Numbered from the stretch's first letter, positions 1-12,446 are shown. The stretch is 32,000 bases of DNA from Acidothermus cellulolyticus 11B (GCF_000015025.1 NC_008578.1:1080001-1112000); one strand, 5' to 3'. Notes: generated from the sequence alone by a model not told the origin. A program made the numbers and translations.

Positions 1-107
1 AGGTCCCCGACCTTCCCGCCGTCCGGCGCGCCAGCGATCACCTGCCGGTGCTGGCCGTGCTGCGGTTGGCCGCAGACGCCGACGCCCGCGCGCCGCAGGC
101 TTCCTGA
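1..107 (+). CDS. 3' end of an endonuclease/exonuclease/phosphatase (EEP)-fold protein (partial, start lies outside the window)
   Basis: Frame 3 is open from the window edge to TGA at 105-107 and reads ...VRRASDHLPVLAVLRLAADADARAPQAS*. SDHxPV is the typical C-terminal catalytic motif of EEP enzymes. Only 34 codons are visible. Confidence 0.35.
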   Translation, partial: VPDLPAVRRASDHLPVLAVLRLAADADARAPQAS

Positions 108-119
108 TCCTTGGGTGGT

Positions 120-860
120 TCAGACGACCGCCCCGTCGTTGGGATCGGAGTCGTCGGCCCGGTCGGTGCGCATCCGGTGCACGAGAATGCCGAGCCCAAT
201 GACGATTCCGGCGATGCCGAGAGTCACGGTTCCCTCGGGAAGCACAGTGGTGAAGGTATTGAGGGCGATGAGCAGGACGCCGATCAGCAGCGCGGTGATC
301 GCCCACCGGCTTGCCGTCGAGAGCCGTGGCGGTGGCGGCGGGTCGGGGGGGATGAAGTGTTCGTCGAGGATCGTCAGGGGGTCGTACTCGCCGGTCACAC
401 CGGACGGGGGAGGAGTGGGCGGTTGCGGGGCGGTTGCCGGCGAGCGGAGGATGCGTCGCCGTACGCCGCTCTCTGGAGGGAGGTCTTCCGCCGCCGGCCA
501 GGGCGGGTCGGTTGGTTCATCGTCGAAGCTGGCCACGAGCTCGGCCCACGCCGTCTCGATGTCGTCCGGCGCGGACGGTGTCGGTGGGCCCTGTTCGCTC
601 TCCTGAGCCGCATCGCGCAGCTGGGTGCGGAGAATCGCCCGCGCCCGGTCGAAGTGCTCGGCGTCGACCCAGAGCCGGTCGCGCGGAACCGGCGGCAGGG
701 TCACGTTCAGGTACCCGCCGACTCGACCGCCGCTCGGCACGGCGTACGCCGCAATGCCGTCGCGGCGTAATGCGACCAGCATCGCGTCGGCCAACCGGGG
801 ATCGAGGTCGGCCAGGGCAAGGTAGGAGCGGGCGACTAATCCGTTGTCCCGGCCCGGCAT
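120..860 (-). CDS. Conserved hypothetical membrane protein: soluble N-terminal domain, Pro-rich linker, two C-terminal TM helices
   Basis: 246-aa ORF with ATG at 860 and an AGGA about 9 nt upstream. The Pro-rich linker is PPTPPPSG...PPDPPPPP. Two hydrophobic helices (WAITALLIGVLLIALNTF and LGIAGIVIGLGILV) lie near the C-terminus. I do not recognise the family by name. Confidence 0.6.
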   Translation of the reverse strand: MPGRDNGLVARSYLALADLDPRLADAMLVALRRDGIAAYAVPSGGRVGGYLNVTLPPVPRDRLWVDAEHFDRARAILRTQLRDAAQESEQGPPTPSAPDDIETAWAELVASFDDEPTDPPWPAAEDLPPESGVRRRILRSPATAPQPPTPPPSGVTGEYDPLTILDEHFIPPDPPPPPRLSTASRWAITALLIGVLLIALNTFTTVLPEGTVTLGIAGIVIGLGILVHRMRTDRADDSDPNDGAVV

Positions 861-910
861 GCTTCCATCCTGCCCTTCGCCGCCGTCCCGTGTGCGCTTG
901 ACCCGGAGTT

Positions 911-1022
911 TTCCGGCGACCGGATCCGGTGTTGCTCACCGGCTGGGGACAGTTCCGGTGACCGGAAGATTTCCGTGCCCGGTTGGAGATCGCCGGCGCG
1001 ACCGTCGTTCCGGTTGCCGGTC
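911..1022. promoter_or_regulatory. Three copies of the palindromic motif TTCCGG-N3-CCGG(A/T) in a divergent intergenic region (candidate operator set)
   Basis: TTCCGGCGACCGGAT at 911-925, TTCCGGTGACCGGAA at 953-967 (perfect 6+6 inverted repeat) and TTCCGGTTGCCGGTC at 1008-1022. All lie between the divergent starts at 860 (-) and 1058 (+). Confidence 0.45.
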
Positions 1023-1057
1023 AGCAGTATGGTGCTGGCGTGCCAGGGAGGTGACCG

Positions 1058-1858
1058 GTGCTGTACTGGATTCTCAAGTGGACGCTCGGGGCGGCGCTGC
1101 GCCTCGTGTTCCGGCCGAAGGTGGTCGGGCTAGAGAATGTACCGCGCCGCGGTCCGGCCATCATTGCCAGCAATCATCTGTCGTTCTCCGATTCCTTCTT
1201 CGCACCGCTGGTCATTCCTGGTCGCAAAGTCACGTTCATGGCAAAGGCGGAATATTTCACCGGCGGCGGCCTCAAAGGGTGGTTCAGCCGGCTGTTCTTC
1301 CGCGGCATCGGACAGCTCTCCGTTGATCGTTCCGGTGGCAAGGCGAGTGCCGCGGGGCTGCGCACCGGACTGGAGGTGTTGCGCGCCGGTGAGCTGCTCG
1401 GCATCTACCCCGAAGGCACCCGCTCGCCGGACGGCCGGCTGTACCGCGGCCGGACCGGGGTGGCCCGGATCGCCTTGGAAGCCGGCGTCCCGGTCATTCC
1501 GTGCGCGATGGTCAACACCGAACGGTTGCAGCCTCCGGGGCGCGTCGTCCCCCGGCTGGTGCGTCCCGAAGTGCGGTTCGGCAAACCGCTCGATTTCTCG
1601 CGATATGCCGGAATGGGTGACGACCGGATCGTGCTGCGCGCCGTGACCGACGAGATCATGTATGAGTTGATGCGGCTCTCCGGTCAGGAGTACGTCGACA
1701 TTTACGCGACGAGGGCGAAGGAATTGTTGCGCAAGCACGGTCGTATCGACCCGGAGGCAGTCCGCCGGGACGCGGTTCCGCTTCGCGACGAGGTGCTCCC
1801 GCCGTCCGAGGAGAGGCATGCCGGGGTGTCGTCCGCCGGGGAGGCCACGGCCGGTTAG
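1058..1858 (+). CDS. plsC: 1-acyl-sn-glycerol-3-phosphate acyltransferase-family (PlsC-like) lysophospholipid acyltransferase
   Basis: 266-aa ORF with GTG start and a GGGAGG SD at 1044-1049. It carries the HX4D acyltransferase motif (NHLSFSD) and the downstream YPEGTRS motif. Confidence 0.8.
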   Translation: MLYWILKWTLGAALRLVFRPKVVGLENVPRRGPAIIASNHLSFSDSFFAPLVIPGRKVTFMAKAEYFTGGGLKGWFSRLFFRGIGQLSVDRSGGKASAAGLRTGLEVLRAGELLGIYPEGTRSPDGRLYRGRTGVARIALEAGVPVIPCAMVNTERLQPPGRVVPRLVRPEVRFGKPLDFSRYAGMGDDRIVLRAVTDEIMYELMRLSGQEYVDIYATRAKELLRKHGRIDPEAVRRDAVPLRDEVLPPSEERHAGVSSAGEATAG

Positions 1859-2045
1859 CGTGCGCCGCGGGAGACGGCGTGGTCCAGGCGGCGCCGTTCC
1901 CACACCGCGGCGCGGACGCCGTCCCGCACCGGCCGGGCGAACTGCCGGGGGGTGGCGACATCGGCCGCCGCGGGTCGCTAGGCTTGCCCGACGGTGGTTC
2001 CGGTCGCCGCGTGCGCGGGTCGGCCGGATGCGTCGGTAACAGGCG

Positions 2046-3083
2046 ATGGAGGGTGCCGTGCGTGTCGGAGTGCTGACGGGTGGCGGGGACTGCCCAGGTC
2101 TCAACGCCGTTATCCGGGCCGCCGTCCGGAAAGGCGTCACCGAATTCGGATATGAATTCGTCGGATTTCGGGACGGCTGGCGTGGACCGATCGAGTGCGA
2201 CACCATGCCGCTCGGAATTCCCGAAGTGCGGGGAATTCTGCCGCGGGGCGGCACAATCCTTGGCACCTCGCGCACGAATCCGGCGAAAATCGACCGCGGC
2301 TACGACCTGGTCGTGGAGAATCTCGACAAGCTCGGTATCGACGCGCTCATCGCCATCGGCGGCGAGGACACCCTCGGCGTTGCGACGAAATTGCATGACC
2401 GCGGCGTGCACGTGGTCGGTGTCCCGAAGACCATCGACAATGACCTGTCGGCGACGGATTACACGTTCGGGTTCGACACGGCGGTGAACATCGCCATGGA
2501 GGCGATTGACCGGTTGCACACCACCGCCGAATCGCACCACCGGGCGCTCATCGTCGAGGTGATGGGCCGCCACGCGGGATGGATCGCCCTGCACGCCGGT
2601 CTGGCCGGCGGCGCCAACGTCATCCTCATCCCGGAAATCCCCTTTGACATCGAGAAGGTCTGCGACTACATCGAGAAGAGGTTCCAGAGCCGCTACGCGC
2701 CGATCGTCGTCGTCGCCGAAGGAGCCACCCCGGTGGAGGGGACGATGGCGCTGGCGAGCGGCGAACTTGACGCCTTCGGGCACGTCCGGCTGGGGGGCAT
2801 CGGTCAACGGGTGGCGGACGAAATCGAGAAGCGGACCGGCAAGGAAGCGCGGACGACTGTCCTCGGCCACATTCAGCGGGGTGGGACGCCGACCGCCTTC
2901 GACCGGGTGCTCGCGACCCGGTTCGGGCTGCACGCGATTGACGCGGTCCGCGACGGTGCGTGGGGGACGATGGTCGCCCTGCGTGGCACGGACATCGTCC
3001 GGGTGCCCCTGGCGGAGGCGACCGGCGCGCTCAAGACGGTGCCGCCGGAACGGTACGCCGAGGCGCAAGTGTTTTTCGGCTGA
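2046..3083 (+). CDS. pfkA: 6-phosphofructokinase (actinobacterial PfkA group; ATP versus PPi donor not resolvable from sequence)
   Basis: 345-aa ORF with motifs GVLTGGGDCPGLNAVIR, IGGEDTLGVA, PKTIDNDL and MGRHAGWIAL. The start could be ATG 2046 or GTG 2058. Confidence 0.9.
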   Translation: MEGAVRVGVLTGGGDCPGLNAVIRAAVRKGVTEFGYEFVGFRDGWRGPIECDTMPLGIPEVRGILPRGGTILGTSRTNPAKIDRGYDLVVENLDKLGIDALIAIGGEDTLGVATKLHDRGVHVVGVPKTIDNDLSATDYTFGFDTAVNIAMEAIDRLHTTAESHHRALIVEVMGRHAGWIALHAGLAGGANVILIPEIPFDIEKVCDYIEKRFQSRYAPIVVVAEGATPVEGTMALASGELDAFGHVRLGGIGQRVADEIEKRTGKEARTTVLGHIQRGGTPTAFDRVLATRFGLHAIDAVRDGAWGTMVALRGTDIVRVPLAEATGALKTVPPERYAEAQVFFG

Positions 3084-3101
3084 TCGCGCTCACCCGGTTA
3101 G

Positions 3102-5343
<2,242 letters not shown>

Positions 5344-5418
5344 TTCCCTAGGATGGCACGCCGTTTCAGGCGGGCGCGGCCGGACGACGCGTATGCTCAG
5401 CCCGGCGATCCGCCTGGC

Positions 5419-5528
5419 GGCACTCCCGCGGGCGGTACGGCCGGACGGCAGGGCACCCCCGCGGGCGGGCTGGGCGCGGCCGGACGGCAGGGCACCCCCG
5501 CGGGCGGGCTGGCCGCGGCCGGACGGCA
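5419..5528. repeat. 39-bp tandem minisatellite, about 2.8 copies
   Basis: Copy 1 at 5439-5477 is GGCCGGACGGCAGGGCACCCCCGCGGGCGGGCTGGGCGC. Copy 2 at 5478-5516 has 1 mismatch. A partial copy sits at 5517-5528 and a degenerate partial copy at 5419-5438. The array lies between the kinase stop (5568) and the conserved part of nfo. Confidence 0.9.
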
Positions 5529-7491
5529 CGCGCTGCTCCCCGTCGTGTTGTTTGCGCAACCCCGCCGCTACACCGCGTCGATGGTGACGGTGAAACCTTT
5601 CGGTTCCATGCTCCCTGGCGCTGGGTCCTGGTGGGTCACGATGCCGAAACGGCCCTTCTTGCCGACGTGGACGGTGAATCCCGCGGATTCGAGAATTTGC
5701 CGCGCCTGGTCGATGGTGATCCAGGTGCTTGGGTCGGCGAGGGTGCTCGTCACCTTCGGTACCGGAAACAGCTGTGGTCCTTGGGAAACGACGAGCGTCA
5801 CCGTGTCGCCGCGATAACCGTTCCCACCCGGCGTCGGTGACTCACTCATCACCACGCCTTTCGGCACGGTGTCACTGAACGCCTGACTGGTCGCCACGGC
5901 GAAACCAGCGTCCTGTAAGGTCGCCGCCGCCTGGTCGGCCGGCTGGCCGCGCACATCCGGGACGGGGATCGGCTGGCGGCCCTGGCTGATGGTGATGGCG
6001 ACCGAACTGTTCCAGTCGACCTGGTCGCCTGCGGCCGGGTTGGTTGCGATGACGTTTCCCGCCGGCACGGTGTCGTCGTAGCGCTGGGTCACCGGTCCAG
6101 CCGACAAACCCGCGTGGGCAAGAGCGGCTTCATAGTCGGCGAGCGACGTCTGCGCCGGGTCGAAGCTCGGGACCGTGGTCAGGTGCCGGCCTTTGGAGAC
6201 GGTGACGTCGATTGCCGTGCCGCGGTTCACCCTGCTCTCCGGCCGTTGACGCTGGTCAACGATCGTTCCTGCCGGGTACGTCGTGCTCCAGGTCTCGCCG
6301 GCTACGTGCAGGCGAAGGTGCGCCTTCGCGGCGAGTTCCGTGGCCTGGGTGGTCGAGACGCCGACCAGGCGGGGAACGACGGCGTACCGGCCTACGGCAA
6401 GCCACCAGCCGGCGGCCCCGGCGGCGGCCGCCACGGCGAGGACGACGAGGAGGGCGACGAACATCCGCCATCGTCGCCGGCGCCGAGGGGCTCCGGCGAC
6501 GACGAGGGTCTCCGTGGAGAGTGGCACCAGCGTGGTGACGGCATCGCCATCCGCATCCGGGGTGGACAGTTCCCGTCGGGCCCGCGCGACCAGCGCAAGG
6601 AGGGCGTGGGCGTCCGCCGGCCGCCGGTCGGGGTCTCGGGCGGTGGCGGCGAGGACGACCGCGTCAATCGCCGGCGGCAGGCTCTGGACGCGGGACGACG
6701 GCGGGGGGACGTCCTCGTGCGCATGACGGTAGGCGACGGCGAGCGGGCTGTCGCCTTGGTACGGCGGAGCGCCGGTGAGCATCTCGAAGAGCATGATGCC
6801 GGCGGCGTACACGTCGCTGCGCGCGTCGGCGACACCCCGGGTCACCTGCTCCGGGGCCAGGTAGGCGACCGTGCCGATGAGGGTTGCCGTGCGTGAGGCG
6901 GTTCGGTTGACGGCCTGCGCCAACCCGAAGTCGGCCACCTTGACCCGGCCGTCGCGGGCGAGGAGCACATTCTCAGGTTTGACGTCGCGGTGGATCAATC
7001 CGCTTGCGTGCGCAGCGGAGAGCGCGGCGAGCACCGGTTGCAGAATGCCGAGCGCTTCGGCCGGCGAGAGTCGGCCACGGCGGCGAAGGAGATCGCGGAG
7101 CGTCTCGCCGACGACGTATTCCATGACAAGGTAGACGTGTCCGCCGTCCGCGCCTTGATCGAAGACGGCGACGACGTTGGGATGGGAGAACGCGGCTGCG
7201 GCTTTGGCTTCGCGAATGAATCGGGCGACGAACTCCGGATCCGTGGCGAACACGTCGTGCATGACCTTGACGGCAACCGGCCGGTCCAGACGCATGTCGC
7301 GAGCCCGGTACACGGTCGCCATGCCGCCGCGGGCGATCCTGTCCTCGATCAGGTACCGTCCGTCGAGCAACCGACCGACGAGCGTGTCGGTGACCGACGT
7401 GTCCACGACGGAGAAGTTTACGTGCGCCGCTTGCGTTGAGCGGTCAGGCGCGACCGGGAGAGCCGCACGCCGGTTGGTGCGGTGGCCAGCT

Positions 7492-8556
<1,065 letters not shown>

Positions 8557-8560
<4 letters not shown>

Positions 8561-9810
8561 TTTGTTGCGGCTTCCTTCTCGTCGCGAGCGGCATCCGGCT
8601 CAGCGGACGTGCCGTCTTTCCCACTGCGGGGACTCGCCGCCGGAGCAGTGCGGCGATGGCTGTGCCGGGCAGACCAGTCTGGGTCAAAGAACCGGCGTGG
8701 GTCGAAGGGGACGAACTCCTCCGGGATTGCGCCGGTGGCGAGCAGCTCGGCGACGGCGTCTGCGGTGATCGGCGCGAGCAGGATGCCGTTGCGATAGTGG
8801 CCGGTCGCGATCACCAGCCCGTCCACCCCACTGGGCCCGACCATGGGACCGTTATCGGGCGAGCCTGGGCGGAGTCCAGCCGAGGCCTCCACGAAGTCGG
8901 CGTCCACGAGGCCGGGGACAAGACGCCGCGCGTCATCGAGCAGGTCAGCGACCGCCTCGACCGTGACCCGCTGGTCAAAACCCATTTCCTCAACCGTGCC
9001 GCCGACCACAATCTCGCCGGTTTCCCGCGGGACGACGTACAGCGGCCGGCCGCGGACAAAGGCTCGGACCGCCCGCGTGAGCAGCGGACGGTTGGGGTCG
9101 ACCCGCAACCGCAGGATCTGTCCCTTGACGGGCCGGACCGGTGGACGCACCGCCTCGGGAAGCCCGGCCACGTGCGGACTCCATGCTCCCGCGGCGAGCA
9201 CCGTCGCGGCGGCCGGAATGCCGTTCGCGCCCCTGACCCGGTTGCCGTGGACGTCAAGGTGCGCCTCGGTCGGGAGGAACCGGACTCCGACCCGGTCACA
9301 GGCGGCGCGGAGTGCCTGGACGAGCCGGCGGTTGTCCACCTGATGGTCGCCTTCCACCCAGAGTCCAGCACGGATGGCCGGCGCCAGCGCAGGTTCGCGG
9401 TCCCGGCATTCCCGCGACGACAGCAGGGTGCTCGTCAGGCCGAGAGAGTTGTGGTAGGCGTGCAACTCCGCCAGTACCGCCCGGTCGTCGTTGTCGAAGG
9501 CGACGGCGAGCATGCCGGTGGTCCGGTAGCCAACGGATATCCCGGCCGCGGCCTGCAGGTCGGCAACGAAAGCGGGATAACGGCGGGCGGCCTCGATCGT
9601 GAGGTGCAGCAGAGATTCTTCGCCGAAATGCGCCTCAGTCACCGGGGCAAGCATGCCCGCCGCGTAGTGCGACGCGCCACGGCCCGGATCCGGGTCGACG
9701 ACGGTGACGTTGAATCCACGCTGCGCACATCGCCATGCGGTGGCTAATCCGATGACTCCGGCACCGACCACGATGACGTCGGTACCGTTCTCCGTGGGAC
9801 GGTGACCCAC
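8557..9810 (-). CDS. thiO: Glycine oxidase ThiO (FAD-dependent)
   Basis: Carries the dinucleotide-binding motif DVIVVGAGVIGLATAW and lies in a thiO-thiS-thiG arrangement. I prefer the GTG start at 9810, with a GGGAGG SD at 9815-9820. The longer-ORF ATG at 9831 lies inside the conserved core of the TPP riboswitch. Confidence 0.85.
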
Positions 9811-9898
9811 GCAGCCTCCCTTCGCCGGCATGACCCGGAGCAGGTTCCACGGTCGGCAGCGGCGTCAGCTGCCCTCTCAGCCCGGTGCCCCGGGCTCC
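9811..9898 (-). promoter_or_regulatory. TPP (THI-box) riboswitch in the thiO-thiS-thiG leader
   Basis: The minus-strand RNA reads GGAGCCCGGGGCACCGGGCUGAGAGGGCAGCUGACGCCGCUGCCGACCGUGGAACCUGCUCCGGGUCAUGCCGGCGAAGGGAGGCUGC. It carries the hallmark GGGGCAC...CUGAGA...AACCUG...AUGCCGGCGAAGGGA elements. The P1 3' strand overlaps the SD, implying translational control. Confidence 0.85.
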
Positions 9899-10148
9899 CG
9901 CGCCGACCCCAAGCCTACGCCGCTCCGCAGGCGGTGTGGCCTACCCGGTTCCGCTGCGCGGCTCGGCGGCCCCGACCGGCCTGCCAGGCCCGGCGAAGGC
10001 TGCGCGGCACGGCGGTCCCGACCGGCAAGGCGGAGGGTGTGACGTTCACCGCTTCCCGCCCGCGATGCCGGTCCCAGTGGCGGGGGATGCTCCGCCGCGG
10101 CTACCCTCGGTCGCGCACCCTCGACGGCGGGCATGAAGGGGAGGACGC

Positions 10149-10787
10149 GTGAAGGCATCGCTGGCCGACGCTCGGCTCTACCTGTGCGTCGATTCGCGGC
10201 GCCGTCAGGGTGACCTGCCCGCTTTCCTCGACGCTGTACTGGGCGCCGGGGTGGACGTCGTCCAGCTCCGCGAGAAGGGGCTGGAAGCAAAGGAAGAACT
10301 CCGGCTGCTGGACGTCTTCGCTGAGGCGTGCCGTCGCCACGGTGCGCTGCTCGCGGTGAATGACCGGGCCGACATTGCGTACGCCGCCCGCTCCGATGTT
10401 CTCCACCTCGGCCAGGACGACCTTCCGGTCGGCATCGCGCGGAGCATCGTCGGGGACGACGTCGTCATCGGGTTGTCCACGCATTCGGTCGAACAGGTCC
10501 AGGCCGCGGTCAGTGACCCGGCGGTCGACTATTTCTGCGTCGGGCCGTGTTGGCCGACCCCGACGAAACCCGGTCGTCCGGCGGCTGGATTGGACGTCGT
10601 CCGGTATGCAGCCCAAGCGGCCGGCGACCGGCCGTGGTTTGCCATCGGCGGGATCAACCTGCAGAACCTGGACGAGGTTTTGGAGGCCGGCGCGCGCCGG
10701 GTTGTGGTGGTTCGTGCCATTGCCGACGCCCCGGATCCGGCTGAGGCGGCGGCTGAGTTCGCGGCTCGACTTGCTGCGGCGGCGTGA
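10149..10787 (+). CDS. thiE: Thiamine-phosphate synthase ThiE
   Basis: 212-aa ORF with GTG start and a GGGGAGGA SD just upstream. Motifs: [44 protein letters not shown]. Confidence 0.9.
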   Translation: MKASLADARLYLCVDSRRRQGDLPAFLDAVLGAGVDVVQLREKGLEAKEELRLLDVFAEACRRHGALLAVNDRADIAYAARSDVLHLGQDDLPVGIARSIVGDDVVIGLSTHSVEQVQAAVSDPAVDYFCVGPCWPTPTKPGRPAAGLDVVRYAAQAAGDRPWFAIGGINLQNLDEVLEAGARRVVVVRAIADAPDPAEAAAEFAARLAAAA

Positions 10788-10800
10788 CGGCGGTATTGCG

Positions 10801-11796
10801 GTGAGCACCGGACGTCTCATTCCCGCTCCCGGACGGAGTCCGACGATTCGCGAGCTTCTCGCCCGCGGTGGTTCGTCGTTTTCGTTCGAGTTCTTTCCGC
10901 CCAAGACGGCGGATGGTGAGCGGGCGTTGTTTCAGACGATCCGCGCCTTGGAAGTGCTGCGACCCACGTTCGTGTCGGTGACCTATGGCGCCGGCGGCAG
11001 CACCGCAGCGGCGACGGTCCGCATCACCGAGCGGATCGCGACCGAAACCACACTGACGCCGGTCGGCCATTTGACGATCGTCAACCAGTCGGTGGCGGAG
11101 ATTCGGCGGGTCATCGGTCAGTACGCGGCCGCGGGCGTGCGCAACATTCTGGCGCTGCGCGGCGATCCGCCGGGAAATCCGAACGGGGAGTGGATTCCCC
11201 ACCCCCACGGTTTTCGGTACGCCGTCGAATTGGTCCGCCTGCTCAAGATGGTTGGAGATTTCTGCGTCGGAGTGGCTGCGTTTCCCCGCAAGCATCCCCG
11301 GTCGCCGACGCTCGAGGACGACACCCGGTATTTCGTCGAGAAATGCCGGGCCGGCGCGGATTTCGCCATTACCCAGATGTTCTTCCGTGTTGAGGATTAT
11401 CTGCGGCTGCGGGAGCGGATCGAACGCGCGGGCTGCACCGTTCCCATCATTCCCGGTGTCATGCCGATTACATCCATCGGGCAAATCGAGCGGTTCGCCC
11501 TGCTCTCCGGGGATGAATTTCCGCCGGAACTCGCCGACCGCATTCTGGCGGTGGCGGACCAGCCGGCGGCGGTACGGGCCATCGGCATCGAGGTGGCAAC
11601 GGAGATGTGCCGTCGTCTGCTCGACGAAGGGGCGCCGGGATTGCACTTTTACACGCTGAACCGGTCGACGGCGACGCGGGAGATTTACCAGAATTTACGC
11701 CTCAGCGAGCGTGCCGATCGGCACGGGAAGGCGTCAGTCAGCGGACCCGGGGTCGCGCCGTCCGACGTCGCCGGGATCGCCGCCGGTGAGGCGTAG
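10801..11796 (+). CDS. metF: 5,10-methylenetetrahydrofolate reductase MetF
   Basis: Motifs: [34 protein letters not shown]. The open frame extends to 10360, but that stretch lies inside thiE. GTG 10801 is the first start after the thiE stop. Confidence 0.85.
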   Translation: MSTGRLIPAPGRSPTIRELLARGGSSFSFEFFPPKTADGERALFQTIRALEVLRPTFVSVTYGAGGSTAAATVRITERIATETTLTPVGHLTIVNQSVAEIRRVIGQYAAAGVRNILALRGDPPGNPNGEWIPHPHGFRYAVELVRLLKMVGDFCVGVAAFPRKHPRSPTLEDDTRYFVEKCRAGADFAITQMFFRVEDYLRLRERIERAGCTVPIIPGVMPITSIGQIERFALLSGDEFPPELADRILAVADQPAAVRAIGIEVATEMCRRLLDEGAPGLHFYTLNRSTATREIYQNLRLSERADRHGKASVSGPGVAPSDVAGIAAGEA

Positions 11797-12225
11797 CAGT
11801 TCGGCAAACGTGGTCGGGAAAACGGCGTGCGGATGTCCGGCTGCGGCCCAGAGGATGTCGTAATCGGCGAGGGCGGTGTCGATGACGGTGCGCAGGGGAT
11901 GGGGATGACCGACGGGAGCCACCCCGCCGATGGCGAAGCCGGTGTGCCGGCGGACGAATTCCGGATCGGCGCGGTGTACCCGACCGGCATTGACCAAGTG
12001 GGCGACTTTTTTGGTGTCGACGGTGTGCCGTCCGCTGGCGAGGACGAGAAGCGGCTCGTCGTCTGCGGCAAAGACCAGACTTTTGACAATCTGCCCGATG
12101 GTGACGCCGAGGGCGGCGGCGGCTTCGGCTGCAGTGCGGGCGGAGTCGGCCAGGAGGCGAATCTCCGTGTGGACACCGGCGGCCCGGAGCGCCTCGTCAA
12201 CGCGGGTGACCGCCGGGGGGAGCAT
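11734..12225 (-). CDS. YbaK/EbsC-family aminoacyl-tRNA trans-editing (deacylase) domain protein
   Basis: Motifs from ATG 12225: [35 protein letters not shown]. The upstream part of the 203-aa ORF is R/P-rich and non-protein-like. The 3' end overlaps metF convergently by 63 nt. Confidence 0.7.
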   Translation of the reverse strand: MLPPAVTRVDEALRAAGVHTEIRLLADSARTAAEAAAALGVTIGQIVKSLVFAADDEPLLVLASGRHTVDTKKVAHLVNAGRVHRADPEFVRRHTGFAIGGVAPVGHPHPLRTVIDTALADYDILWAAAGHPHAVFPTTFAELLRLTGGDPGDVGRRDPGSAD

Positions 12226-12379
12226 GCGACCAGAGTAGCGAGACGGTGATCTCGCGGGTCTTGCCCCGGGTGGTCTGTTGCCTGGGCGGGTCCCGTGCCT
12301 GCGGGTGATCTGCCTCCCCGGGTGGTCTGCCGCCGGGGCCGGCACTTCGCCCGGGGTGATCCGCAGCCGGGCGCCGCTT

Positions 12380-12397
12380 CCTTGATTGTGATCAAGG
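12380..12397. promoter_or_regulatory. 18-bp perfect palindrome CCTTGAT-TGTG-ATCAAGG (candidate transcription-factor site)
   Basis: 7+7 perfect inverted repeat with a 4-nt spacer. It lies in the ybaK-like / imuA' divergent intergenic region, 30 bp upstream of the SOS box. Confidence 0.35.
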
Positions 12398-12417
12398 TCG
12401 GAGGCCGGGAAACCTCG

Positions 12418-12446
12418 TTGTGCTCTTCGAACATATGTTCGATACT
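12418..12446 (+). promoter_or_regulatory. Candidate imuA' promoter TTGTGC-N17-GATACT
   Basis: The -35-like hexamer is at 12418-12423 and the -10-like hexamer at 12441-12446, with 17-nt spacing. The spacer is almost entirely occupied by the LexA box. Confidence 0.4.

Noticed and set aside
1859-1985. A minus-strand stretch reading ...DVATPRQFARPVRDGVRAAVWERRRLDHAVSRGAR* with good GC3, in the plsC-pfkA spacer. It could be a small gene or a gene remnant.
   Set aside because: An in-frame TAG lies just upstream. Only a GTG giving 22 codons remains. There is no SD and no recognisable family. The evidence is too weak to call.
5344-5559. The full-length 359-aa version of nfo starting at TTG 5559.
   Set aside because: The extra 72 residues are repeat-derived and have no counterpart in endonuclease IV proteins as I recall them. 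They are not excluded as a real extension (see the 39-bp minisatellite finding).
9811-9831. The ATG at 9831 as the thiO start (longest ORF).
   Set aside because: This ATG is part of the conserved AUGCC element of the TPP aptamer. GTG 9810, with a GGGAGG SD, is the coherent start.
10360-10800. A 5' extension of the metF ORF (478 aa).
   Set aside because: The extension lies entirely within thiE in another frame. MetF homology begins only after GTG 10801.
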